Shown here: positions 1 to 8,908 of the stretch, piece by piece
Layout: every line of letters begins with the position of its first letter
Numbering within the stretch: position 1 is the first letter of the stretch
From: Verrucomicrobiota bacterium
GTDB lineage: Bacteria > Verrucomicrobiota > Verrucomicrobiia > Verrucomicrobiales > DEV007
Reading direction: 5' to 3'
DNA length: 39,236 nucleotides
Assembly (NCBI GenBank): GCA_045046875.1
Contig: JASFYY010000069.1
Location: 1 to 39,236, forward strand
Program-made: the position numbers and the translations under genes
The notes under the pieces: generated by a model
The model's input: the letters and a program-made list of their open reading frames with translations, nothing else
Databases searched by the model: none
Told to the model about the DNA's origin: nothing

Positions 1-244
1 GAGGAAATATTGCTGCTACGATAAGAGGCGGCGAAAAAATTATCATGAATCTTTCTACGCTCTTGCCTTAAGTTGACGCGTATGCCTGAAAGGGCGAAAC
101 TAACGCCAGTGCCACCCCCTCCCTCGCTGCCAATTATCCAAAAAAACTGAGCAATTCCTACTCCGCTTGACGCTCTATCCGTGCCTTGCGCCATTGTCAG
201 ATTTCCATTGTCATTCATCCATTCATCTCCTAGCCTCTTCGCAC

Positions 245-1174
245 ATGATCAGCGTCCGCAATCTCACCAAACGTTACGCCGGCCACACCGCCGTCGACGA
301 CATCTCTTTCGAGGTGGATCGTGGGGAGATTGTAGGTTTCCTTGGCCCCAATGGAGCGGGGAAAAGCACCACCATGCGCATCCTCACCTGTTTTCTCTCC
401 GCCACCCGGGGCACCGCTTCGGTAGGCGGTTTCGATGTCTTCAAAGACTCGATCGAAGTGCGCAAACGTATCGGCTACATGCCGGAGAACGTGCCACTCT
501 ACGATGACATGCGGGTAAAAGAATACCTGCACTTCCGCGCCCAGCTCAAAGGACTGCGCGGCCGCACTGCCCGCCACGCCACTGGCGAGGCGATGGATAT
601 CTGCAGCTTGCAGGAAGTGCGCCGCAAAATGATCGGCACCCTTTCCAAAGGCTACCGCCAACGGGTCGGCCTCGCCGATGCCCTGATCAACAAACCCGAC
701 CTGCTGATCCTCGACGAACCCACCAACGGCCTCGACCCCAACCAGATCCGCCAAGTGCGCGAACTGATCAAACGCCTCGGCGAGCGCCACACCATATTGA
801 TTTCCACCCACATTCTCAGCGAAGTGGAGATGACCGCCACCCGGGTAGTCATCATCGACAAAGGCCGGATCAAAGCCTCCGACACCCCGCAGAACCTTAT
901 CCGTCGCCTGCACTCCTCTGGCACCGTCCACTTGGAAGTGAAAACCAGTGCCAAACAAGCGCTCGAAAAAATCGAAGGCCTGGCGGACGTCAATAGCGCC
1001 ATTCACACCGGCAGTAATCAAGACTGGTCAATGATCGACATCCATCCACACAGCAACATCGACATCCGCGAGCAACTTTTCGCCCTCGCCCGCGAGCAGA
1101 ACTGGCCGCTGCGTGAACTCTACCGCGACACCGCCTCCCTGGAAGACGCCTTCGTCAACATCATCGGCACTTAA
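245..1174 (+). CDS. ABC transporter ATP-binding protein, GldA-like
   Basis: Walker A GPNGAGKST, signature LSKGYRQR, Walker B LLILDEP, H-loop STH. Start moved from the ORF-track TTG (167) to ATG 245 (MISVRNLTKRY). Confidence 0.93.
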   Translation: MISVRNLTKRYAGHTAVDDISFEVDRGEIVGFLGPNGAGKSTTMRILTCFLSATRGTASVGGFDVFKDSIEVRKRIGYMPENVPLYDDMRVKEYLHFRAQLKGLRGRTARHATGEAMDICSLQEVRRKMIGTLSKGYRQRVGLADALINKPDLLILDEPTNGLDPNQIRQVRELIKRLGERHTILISTHILSEVEMTATRVVIIDKGRIKASDTPQNLIRRLHSSGTVHLEVKTSAKQALEKIEGLADVNSAIHTGSNQDWSMIDIHPHSNIDIREQLFALAREQNWPLRELYRDTASLEDAFVNIIGT

Positions 1175-1235
1175 CTCGGAATTCTTAATTCCAGAAATCC
1201 TGACTCCTCACTCTTGAATTCTCACTCCTGATCTA
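1172..1235. repeat. Degenerate heptamer tandem repeat (consensus TGACTCC) filling the intergenic gap
   Basis: Units taactcg gaattct taattcc agaaatcc tgactcc tcactct tgaattc tcactcc tgatcta, directly followed by ATG 1236. Confidence 0.7.
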
Positions 1236-1991
1236 ATGCGCCCGTTTTTCATCCTATTACAAAAAGAACTGCGCTCCTTCTTTCTCTCGCCGCTGGCGTA
1301 CGTGATCATCGCCCTGTTCACCTTCCTCAACGGCTGGTTGTTCTCCAGCATCGTCACCGCGATGCGTCTGCGAGTGAACCAACACAGCCTGGTCTACAAT
1401 CTCTTTGATTCCGGTTGGTTCTGGATGGGCTACTTTTTCCTCTTCCCACTTCTAACCATGCGGCTTTTTGCCGAAGAGAAAAAAATGGGCACCCTGGAAA
1501 CCCTGTTCACCGCCCCGGTGCGCAGCGTGCAAGTAGTGATGGCCAAATACATTGCCACCTGCATCCTCTACGTCGTCATCATCCTGCCGGTGTTTGCCTT
1601 TTTCTTCCTCTTCCAAGACATCACTGGAGAACTGGCCGCCTTTCAATCCGGCTCCTTCTACGGCGCTGGCGCCATCCTGCTGCTGCTTGGTTTTTTCAAC
1701 ATCGCCATTGGTTGTTTTGCCTCCTCCCTCACCTCCAACCAACTGATCGCCGCCATGATCACTTTTGTTGTAGTGATGCTGCACTACTTCCTTGGTTTCA
1801 TCCACTTCTTCGGAGCCAAACTGCCCACCGAACTGCTCGACAAAGTGACCTATTTTTCCACTGTCGAACACCGCCGCATTTTCACCGAAGGTTTGATCGA
1901 CTCCCGCCCCATCGTCTATTACCTCAGCTCCGCAGCAGTGATGCTTTTTCTCACCCACCAAATCCTCGAACGTCGCCGCTGGAAATCCTAA
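1236..1991 (+). CDS. ABC-2 type permease, GldF-like
   Basis: KELRSFFLSPLAY N-terminus, MRLFAEEKKMGTLETLFTAP motif, about 6 hydrophobic segments, follows the ABC ATPase. Confidence 0.9.
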   Translation: MRPFFILLQKELRSFFLSPLAYVIIALFTFLNGWLFSSIVTAMRLRVNQHSLVYNLFDSGWFWMGYFFLFPLLTMRLFAEEKKMGTLETLFTAPVRSVQVVMAKYIATCILYVVIILPVFAFFFLFQDITGELAAFQSGSFYGAGAILLLLGFFNIAIGCFASSLTSNQLIAAMITFVVVMLHYFLGFIHFFGAKLPTELLDKVTYFSTVEHRRIFTEGLIDSRPIVYYLSSAAVMLFLTHQILERRRWKS

Positions 1992-2025
1992 CACCCCTCC
2001 ACAGTTAAAACATTCGCCCATACCC

Positions 2026-3528
2026 ATGGCATCACCCGATAAACAGTCCGAACAAAAAAGCGAAACGCCCGATACCCGTCCGGCGCGTCCCTCCCGACGT
2101 CTGTTTATCGCCGCGCGGGTGGCCTTGCAGATTTTACTGGTATTCATCATCTACGCCGAAGTTAATTACATCGGCTTCCGCCAGCACCAACAATGGGATC
2201 TGACCCAGAACCGCAAATTTACCCTCTCCGAAACCAGCAAAAACTTCCTCGCCAATCAAGAAGGAGAAGTCAAAATCATCATGGCCTTCCTGCGCTCCTC
2301 GGACTTATTTTCCGACGTACAGGCCTTACTCTCCGAGTATGAACGCCATAGCAATGACCACATCACTCTAGAAATACTGGACCTCAGCCGCGACCGCGAG
2401 CGCCTGATGGACCTGAGCAACCAACACGGTCTGGTATTCAACCGCGACTCCATCGTATTGCTCACCCCCAACCGCACCAAGATCCTCGCCGCCGAAGACC
2501 TGATCACCCGCTCCACCGACCGCAATCAACGCGTGATGGAATTCCGCGGCGAAGAAGTCATCACCTCCTCCCTCTTACAAGTCACCGAAAAGCAGCAGAA
2601 AAAAATCTACCTGCTGATCGGCAATCGCCAAGCAGAAGAATTAATCCAAATCGGCAAACAACTCGCCAGCATCGCATCCACCCAGAACGTCCGCCTCGAA
2701 TCACTCAACCTGGCAGGGATCAAGTCCATCCCCGCCGATGCCGATGCCGTATTCATCGCCGGAGCCAAAGTCGACCTCGAGACCCGTCACATTGAGATGC
2801 TGGAAAGCTACTGGAACGAACAACACGGCGGCCTGTTGATCTTCCTCGACCCCGCTGCCGCCACTCCCAACCTCAGCGCCTTCATCCGCGCCCACGGCGT
2901 CGCCCCGCAGGATGACCGGGTATTATCCGTAGTCAGCATCCCCGGTATGGCGCTGAAAAAAACCTTCGACGTGCCCATCGCCTTCCTACCGGGTTCGCCC
3001 ATCACCCGCAATCTGGGCGGCATCAATTTGCAGCTCAGAGGACAAACCCAATCCCTCAAAGTATTCAACGACGACGAATTACTCGAAGTAAAAAAAATAC
3101 GCCCGCTGCCACTGATGGTTGCAGGTTCCCGTTTCTGGGGAGAAACGGATTACCAGGAGGAAGTCGCCGCTTACAACGAAAACCAGGACAACCCACCGCC
3201 CGCCTACACCGCTGCATCGATCGAAAAAGGAGCCACTGATGATCCCAATATGAAAATCCGCAGCTCCCGCATGGTCATCGTCAGCAATCCCGACTTGATC
3301 GACCCCGCGGGGAATACATCAAAGATCAACGCAGACTTCACCATGGCCTCGCTCAACTGGATGGTTGATCGTTCCGAGTTGATCGGCATCTCTCCCAGAA
3401 AGCTGACCACCTACACTCTGGACATCGAACCCGCGGACCTCAGCCTGTTGAACAACCTGTCGATTTTCATCCTGCCTGGCATCGCGCTGATTTTAGCGGG
3501 AATTATCAGAATGATACGCAGACACTAA
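2026..3528 (+). CDS. GldG-like ABC transporter auxiliary component
   Basis: N-terminal TM followed by WDLTQNRKFTLSETS (GldG-type DLT..YTLS motif), NADFTMASLNWM near the end, C-terminal TM ending in RRH; operon context. Confidence 0.82.
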   Translation: MASPDKQSEQKSETPDTRPARPSRRLFIAARVALQILLVFIIYAEVNYIGFRQHQQWDLTQNRKFTLSETSKNFLANQEGEVKIIMAFLRSSDLFSDVQALLSEYERHSNDHITLEILDLSRDRERLMDLSNQHGLVFNRDSIVLLTPNRTKILAAEDLITRSTDRNQRVMEFRGEEVITSSLLQVTEKQQKKIYLLIGNRQAEELIQIGKQLASIASTQNVRLESLNLAGIKSIPADADAVFIAGAKVDLETRHIEMLESYWNEQHGGLLIFLDPAAATPNLSAFIRAHGVAPQDDRVLSVVSIPGMALKKTFDVPIAFLPGSPITRNLGGINLQLRGQTQSLKVFNDDELLEVKKIRPLPLMVAGSRFWGETDYQEEVAAYNENQDNPPPAYTAASIEKGATDDPNMKIRSSRMVIVSNPDLIDPAGNTSKINADFTMASLNWMVDRSELIGISPRKLTTYTLDIEPADLSLLNNLSIFILPGIALILAGIIRMIRRH

Positions 3529-3552
3529 ACTCGCCTCACCTTTTTAAAAACC

Positions 3553-5553
3553 ATGAGATCCACCACCACTTTGATTTTATTTGCCATCGCCACCGGCCTT
3601 GGCATCTGGATCTATCTGGGGCAATCCTCTCAAAGTCTGAATCCGGATAATCAAAACAACAAAACCCTGACCCGATTTCAGGCAGAGAACGTCAAAGAGA
3701 TCCATATTCAATCCGACGGGATCAAGACAGTGATCAGCAAACACGATGAACTTTGGTTCTTTGACCAACCCGTCGCCGACCGTGCCGACCAGGCCACTAC
3801 CAATGCGGTGCTTGACCTGCTCACCCACCTCACTCTGCGTGACCAGCTTTCTGCCGATGAAATCAAAAATGATGAAAAACTCTCGGATCAAGAACTCGGC
3901 TTCAACGAAGAAGATCAAATAGAGGTAACCCTGGTCTTGGGTGGTGATTCTAAAAAATCCAAAACCAATGACACCCTGACCTTGGTCTTCGGCAAACCCG
4001 CCCCCATGACCAATACCATTTACGCACGGATCAAGGGCAAAGGTAAACAAAGCACTGATGTCTATGTCGTTGATGGCAACCCTCGGCAGTACTTCGAAGA
4101 CCCCGCCGCAGCCCTGCGTGATCAAACCCTGCTCTTCGCTCCGGTGAGCAGTCTGACCGGCCTTTCCATCCGCACGGCAGACAATTCAGTCAAATTAGTA
4201 AGAAAATCCAGCCCTACCGGCACGGAATGGTCGATGACCCATCCGCTTCCCGCTCGCGCCAATGCCGAGCTTATCGAAAACATCCTTGCTCAACTTTCCT
4301 CCCTGCGAGTAGAAACTCTGCTCGATAGTAAGGAAAGCAATGCCGCCAATCCAAATCCCGTGCCAGAGAATGCGGTGGTCTTCGAGCTACAAATCAAAGA
4401 CCTGGACAAAGCTATCTCTGTATTTCTCTCCCCTGCCAAAACATCAGGCAACCCTGCTGCCGACCCGGCTGCTTCAAAAAAACTCCCCTTGTTAGAGGCC
4501 CGGGTATCCGACCGTCCAGCCACTTTTTTGATCCGTTCGCCTTTACTGCAACAATTACCGGATAACGCCAATGCCTACCGCGACCCCTACCTGGCTCGCA
4601 TCCCCCTCCCCCTGCTGCACAGCATCATCATCCAAACCCGCAGCAACCCCAACGTCATCCTCACCGCGATGCCACCCGCCGAAGGGCAGATCAAATGGAA
4701 ATCTGATCGCAACGGCAAACGGGAAAATGCCAACCTCGGCAAAATAGTGCGTCTGGTAAATTCGGTTAACGAAGAAAAAATCATCTCTTTCATTGCCCCT
4801 GATAAAGCAAAACCAGCCGACTACGGCCTCGATCATCCTTTCACTGCCATCACCTTCAATGTGTTCAAAACCATAGACCCCAATTCCAATAACGATTCAA
4901 ATCAAGCCCTTGCTCAAGCAAGCGCCGCCCAACAAGAACCCGAACTGATCCAGCACACCCTCAAACTCGGCCGCAGCAAAAACGACGCCAACCGTCTGTT
5001 TGCCAGTTTCATCGGCGAACCCTATATTTACGAAATCTCCCCAGCCTTTCAAAACCGCGTATCCCCCCACCCCTTGAAATGGAAAGCCCCCAAAGTGATC
5101 AGTTTTTCCATCCTCACTCTGCTTGAGATCGAACGCAGCAAAGCAGGCCAAGAGGCACTGCAACTGAAATACGATTACACCCGCGACCAATGGAGCGGCA
5201 AACAAGACGGTAGCGACATCAGTAAAGAAATCGATCGCCGTGTGGCACTCAAGCTCGCCTCGACCCTGGGTTCACTCACCTCCCAGGACTGGATCACCAC
5301 CAGCCAGCTCGCCTATAAAGCTCTAGAGCAGCCCAAGTTAACGATAAAAATTCTGATCGAAGAAATCGACCGCGCCTTACAGACACCAACAGAGGTAACA
5401 CACACACTCAGATTTTCCGCAGCCGCCACCAGCGGTTTTTATTACGGCTCGCTCGACAACTCCCCCGATGTTTTCATCATCGACCGCGCCACCTTCCGCG
5501 ACCTCTCCCAGCCCATCATCACCACCCCCGCTGCCTTGCGCCCAGCGCAATAA
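3553..5553 (+). CDS. DUF4340-type membrane-anchored periplasmic protein with about 4 internal repeats
   Basis: N-terminal anchor MRSTTTLILFAIATGLGIWIY, repeated modules (I.I...W...AD/AN...L..L; YGLDHP; Y...V+.+). This is the usual fourth gene of GldAFG-like operons. Confidence 0.72.
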   Translation: MRSTTTLILFAIATGLGIWIYLGQSSQSLNPDNQNNKTLTRFQAENVKEIHIQSDGIKTVISKHDELWFFDQPVADRADQATTNAVLDLLTHLTLRDQLSADEIKNDEKLSDQELGFNEEDQIEVTLVLGGDSKKSKTNDTLTLVFGKPAPMTNTIYARIKGKGKQSTDVYVVDGNPRQYFEDPAAALRDQTLLFAPVSSLTGLSIRTADNSVKLVRKSSPTGTEWSMTHPLPARANAELIENILAQLSSLRVETLLDSKESNAANPNPVPENAVVFELQIKDLDKAISVFLSPAKTSGNPAADPAASKKLPLLEARVSDRPATFLIRSPLLQQLPDNANAYRDPYLARIPLPLLHSIIIQTRSNPNVILTAMPPAEGQIKWKSDRNGKRENANLGKIVRLVNSVNEEKIISFIAPDKAKPADYGLDHPFTAITFNVFKTIDPNSNNDSNQALAQASAAQQEPELIQHTLKLGRSKNDANRLFASFIGEPYIYEISPAFQNRVSPHPLKWKAPKVISFSILTLLEIERSKAGQEALQLKYDYTRDQWSGKQDGSDISKEIDRRVALKLASTLGSLTSQDWITTSQLAYKALEQPKLTIKILIEEIDRALQTPTEVTHTLRFSAAATSGFYYGSLDNSPDVFIIDRATFRDLSQPIITTPAALRPAQ

Positions 5554-5589
5554 GCACAGCTTGAACTTTGGCCCCTGCGACCACAAAAA

Positions 5590-7725
5590 TCATTTCAGCA
5601 CTTGGAACAAACTGCTGAAATTGTCAGTCCAGTGAATCACTTTACCACCCTCCTCCCACGGAGTTTGGGCTTCTAGTATTTCAGCTTGATTTAGAAATTG
5701 TTTATTGCTTGTCGCCAATATCCAATGGCTATCCAGCAACAGGCTTTCTGGCAATATGGACGATGTAGGAATAGCTCCCCAAAACTGAGCTGCATCAATC
5801 CCGATCGCAGTGACAGCTGATCTTACCACAGGGGCCAAATCCAGGTGGCGATTGGAAATATGAATAGCCAGAATGCCGTCAGGCTTCAGATGTTTTTTAT
5901 ACAGCACAAAAGCCTCTTCTGTCAGCAGATGCACAGGTATGGCATCGCTACTGAAAGCATCAATTATGAGAATATCATATTGCCCCGCATTTTTATGCTC
6001 CAAACGTCTCTCCAATTTTAATCTCCCATCACCCAAAAAAACCTTTATTTTCACATTACGCTTCTCCGCATCATACAGGTTAGTAAAAAACTGTCGGGCG
6101 AACCACTCAACGTTAGGGTTAAGTTCATAGAACTGAAATTCATCACCTGGCTTAGCGTATACAGCTAATGAACCCACCCCTAATCCTATCACCCCCACGC
6201 GTAAAGCCTCACCTCTTATTCGTCGAGGGTAATGCTTGAATGCCAAACCCACCCCTGACGTTTCCCTATAATAGCCCACAGCGTCTGCTCTGTTCTCAGG
6301 CGACTCATACTGAAACCCATGAGTGGTATTTCCGTCAGTAAAAGCCAACACCGTCTTACCAGGCACAGATGTTTGCAATCGCTGTACACTGGCAATACCG
6401 AAAAAATCACGATAGATAGCAATCGTATTCCCCCCACCCAGACCTTGTAAATTACCCAACCACGTAAAGCCAATAAAGATGGATGCGATCACTGCTCCTG
6501 CCACCCCCGTTTTAAGCACATTTGCTTTTAAAGCCTTCCCCGCCAAATTCCGCCAAGCATTCTCCCGCAAAACAAATACCAAGGCGATCCCCGTGCCAAC
6601 AAGCCCCACATAAAACTCATAAAACAAAGTGAAAATCATCGGGGCGACCAATGACACAAAAAAGCCACCCAAAAGCCCTCCGAAAGAGATCCAAACATAA
6701 AAAAGTGTCAATTGGCTCGTTTGCGGTCGAAGCCTGGCGAGCTCTCCGTGACACACCATACAAGAAACAAAAAGAATGTAACCGTATGCCGCAACTTGCA
6801 CCCCAATGGGCCAACTACTCCCCTCAAATCCCTGCCAAAGCCCAACTCCCAAAGCAATCAACCACAAAGGAACAAAAATCCCCCGGCGATACCAAGCATC
6901 CCTTTCAAAACATAGGATAAATGTCAGCAAATATATCCCTAAAGGGAGCACCCATAAAAAAGGAACCGCTGCGATATTCTGGCATAGTTGATTGGTAACA
7001 GATAACAACATCACCGATCCACAAAAGCTCAATATAACCCACAGTATTATATTTATATATTCTAAAAACCCTCTCCGGGGCGCTACCTCACCCACTGCCT
7101 GCTCAACATCATCGGTGCATTCTTCAGTTTGCTGCTGCTTGGCCACGATCTTTATCAAGCTCCATCCCGTGGCAACACAAATAATCACAAACATCAAGTA
7201 TCCCAACGACCAGAACCACGTCTGAACAGGGAGGCGTAACAACCTTTCAACCACAAAGGGGTAAATGAACAAACCGAGCAAAGAACCAAAATTTGACAGG
7301 GCATACAAACGATAAGCGGAACGTTTGGGGAATGCACGACTGAACCAACTCTGCATCAACGGAGCTGTCGAAGAGAGCAAAAAGAAGGGGGCGCCGATAC
7401 TTACGATAAGCACCAATATCACCCACAATGCCGGATTCGCTACATCATCGGGTCTCAGACTACTTGCAGGGGTGACCGGCAAAGCTAATAAACTAACCAC
7501 CAACAACAAACCGTGTAAAATAACCTGCCACTTGAAACTAAAATGAGTAGACAAAAAGTGGGCATAAAGATATCCCCCGAAAAGAGCTAATTGGAAAAAC
7601 AACATGCAAGCCGTCCAAACCTCTGCCGCCCCACCAAACCAAGATAAAATATATTTGGCTATCAACGGCTCAATTTGAAACACCAAAAAAGAACTTATGA
7701 ATATAGTTATCGCTATGAGTCGCAT
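5590..7725 (-). CDS. Fused multi-TM (MFS-like) / spermidine-synthase-like SAM-dependent transferase
   Basis: About 13 TM segments with GGAAEVWTACMLFFQ and CMVCHGEL motifs; C-terminal Rossmann domain VIGLGVGSLA, YELNP, GDGR, DAFSSDAIPVHLLTEEA. Confidence 0.85.
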   Translation of the reverse strand: MRLIAITIFISSFLVFQIEPLIAKYILSWFGGAAEVWTACMLFFQLALFGGYLYAHFLSTHFSFKWQVILHGLLLVVSLLALPVTPASSLRPDDVANPALWVILVLIVSIGAPFFLLSSTAPLMQSWFSRAFPKRSAYRLYALSNFGSLLGLFIYPFVVERLLRLPVQTWFWSLGYLMFVIICVATGWSLIKIVAKQQQTEECTDDVEQAVGEVAPRRGFLEYINIILWVILSFCGSVMLLSVTNQLCQNIAAVPFLWVLPLGIYLLTFILCFERDAWYRRGIFVPLWLIALGVGLWQGFEGSSWPIGVQVAAYGYILFVSCMVCHGELARLRPQTSQLTLFYVWISFGGLLGGFFVSLVAPMIFTLFYEFYVGLVGTGIALVFVLRENAWRNLAGKALKANVLKTGVAGAVIASIFIGFTWLGNLQGLGGGNTIAIYRDFFGIASVQRLQTSVPGKTVLAFTDGNTTHGFQYESPENRADAVGYYRETSGVGLAFKHYPRRIRGEALRVGVIGLGVGSLAVYAKPGDEFQFYELNPNVEWFARQFFTNLYDAEKRNVKIKVFLGDGRLKLERRLEHKNAGQYDILIIDAFSSDAIPVHLLTEEAFVLYKKHLKPDGILAIHISNRHLDLAPVVRSAVTAIGIDAAQFWGAIPTSSILPESLLLDSHWILATSNKQFLNQAEILEAQTPWEEGGKVIHWTDNFSSLFQVLK

Positions 7726-7732
7726 GGTGTAT

Positions 7733-7741
7733 AACTTAGCA
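7733..7741 (-). promoter_or_regulatory. Possible extended -10 element (TGC-TAAGTT) 7 nt upstream of the ATG at 7725
   Basis: Minus strand reads TGCTAAGTT-atacacc-ATG, with no Shine-Dalgarno between. Confidence 0.3.
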
Positions 7742-7811
7742 ACTTAAGCAAAATTCACTTATTTTGTAGTTTATTTTTCTTTGGAATGCATTGTTTCCAA
7801 TTCAGGGCAAA

Positions 7812-7821
7812 TGTCTAGACA
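7812..7821. promoter_or_regulatory. Perfect 10-bp palindrome TGTCTAGACA, GntR/HutC-subfamily-like operator
   Basis: Palindrome in an A/T-flanked intergenic stretch about 90 bp upstream of the minus-strand gene at 7725; fits the GTNTANAC core of HutC-type operators. Confidence 0.35.
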
Positions 7822-7973
7822 AAAACCTCTTTTTCCGCTCGCGTGCCGTTTAATGAGCAGCTCGAAACACAAAGCTCATGCAACCCCGCATCATCAAGTC
7901 CAATTACTGGCAACTCACATCAAAGAATCTTGCCACCTTGCGTGATTTGTCCCACCCGTCAATAGTTTTGCCT

Positions 7974-8663
7974 TCAAGTGTGCGGGGCGGAGGCCCGCCC
8001 TACATAGATCGAGGAAATCCCACCCCACAGAGGAATGCAGTGAGCTTCATCAAAACCATTATTTCTCATCAAGTCACACATCTCATCTCCGCTTGGAAAA
8101 CGCTCGATGGATTCGGACAAGTAGTCGTAAGCTTCGCGGTTGCCAGTCAACCAGCCCCCCAGAACCGGCAAAATGCGGTGCAGATAAAACCTATAAGGAC
8201 CGCGCAGCCATCCCCTTGGGATGGAAAAATCCAATACCACCAGCTGCCCGCCCGGTTTCAGCACTCGGCTCAGTTCGGACAAAGCCCCGTCCCAGGCCTC
8301 CATATTCCTGAGCCCATAACCAATCGTGAGCGAATCAAAAAAACCAGCTTCAAAAGGCAATTGCATACCATCCGCCACCAATAACATCGGTAAACCTCGC
8401 AAGCGTGCTTGCTGCAGCATCGGCGCGCAGAAATCTGCCGCCACCACTTCTGCCTGAGGCATTTTTTTGATCACTTCCGCAGCCAGGTCCCCACTGCCAC
8501 AAGCTATATCCAAAACCCTTTGCCCGCCAAAATCGCGCACCATCGAAGCCACTTGCCTACGCCACAAAATATCCACGCCAAAGCTCAGCACATGATTAGT
8601 CACCACATATCGCTTGGCGATTGAACTGAATGCCTTCCTGACAAATACCGGATCTTGAGACAT
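7974..8663 (-). CDS. ubiE: UbiE/MenG-family quinone biosynthesis C-methyltransferase
   Basis: FSSIAKRY..TNHVLSFGVD..WR, VLDIACGSGD SAM motif, IGYGLRN, RVLKPGG, AYDYLSESIERFP. Start moved to ATG 8663 because the ORF-track extension runs through the tRNA. Confidence 0.9.
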   Translation of the reverse strand: MSQDPVFVRKAFSSIAKRYVVTNHVLSFGVDILWRRQVASMVRDFGGQRVLDIACGSGDLAAEVIKKMPQAEVVAADFCAPMLQQARLRGLPMLLVADGMQLPFEAGFFDSLTIGYGLRNMEAWDGALSELSRVLKPGGQLVVLDFSIPRGWLRGPYRFYLHRILPVLGGWLTGNREAYDYLSESIERFPSGDEMCDLMRNNGFDEAHCIPLWGGISSIYVGRASAPHT

Positions 8664-8719
8664 CTGCGTTAGCCTGATCGCTGGGTGAAATAAGCCGGAA
8701 AACTCGACAAAAAAAGAAG

Positions 8720-8801
8720 TGCTCACGAGAGGAATCGAACCTCCACGGGTCTCCCCACATGAACCTGAATCATGCGCGTCTACCAATTCCGCCACGTGAG
8801 C
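8720..8801 (-). tRNA. tRNA-Leu (anticodon CAG); CCA not encoded
   Basis: Reverse complement GCTCACG-TGGCGGAATTGGTAGACGC-GCATGA-TTCAGGT-TCATGT-GGGGAGACCC-GTGGAGGTTCGATTCCTCT-CGTGAGC-A: acceptor stem, D loop, long variable arm, TTCGA T loop, discriminator A. Confidence 0.96.
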
Positions 8802-8908
8802 AGTTAATCGAAGTGGCGAACCACCTCAAACGGGGTCGCACCTAATCACGTAAAAGCCGATCCCACAACCAGAATTATGCGCTATCTCCGTTATTTATCG
8901 ACAAAATC

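Noticed and set aside
1..46. Possible start of a minus-strand gene (MIIFSPPLIVAAIFP...) running off the window
   Set aside because: Only 15 codons visible and no recognisable motif.
167..244. ORF-track N-terminal extension of the ABC ATPase from TTG
   Set aside because: Family similarity begins at ATG 245; the TTGACG may instead be a -35 element, but no well-spaced -10 was found.
7982..8003. GTAG-REP-like hairpin GTAGGGCGGGCCTCCGCCCCGC in the last codons of ubiE
   Set aside because: Lies in coding sequence (YVGRASAP) with a short stem; could be chance in GC-rich DNA.
8720..8745. tRNA-Leu 3' end as an integration (att) site for the AT-rich gene
   Set aside because: No duplicated tRNA 3' fragment and no integrase in the window; a housekeeping gene lies directly downstream.
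8664..8795. N-terminal extension of UbiE in the ORF track
   Set aside because: It is the tRNA-Leu sequence read in frame, not protein.
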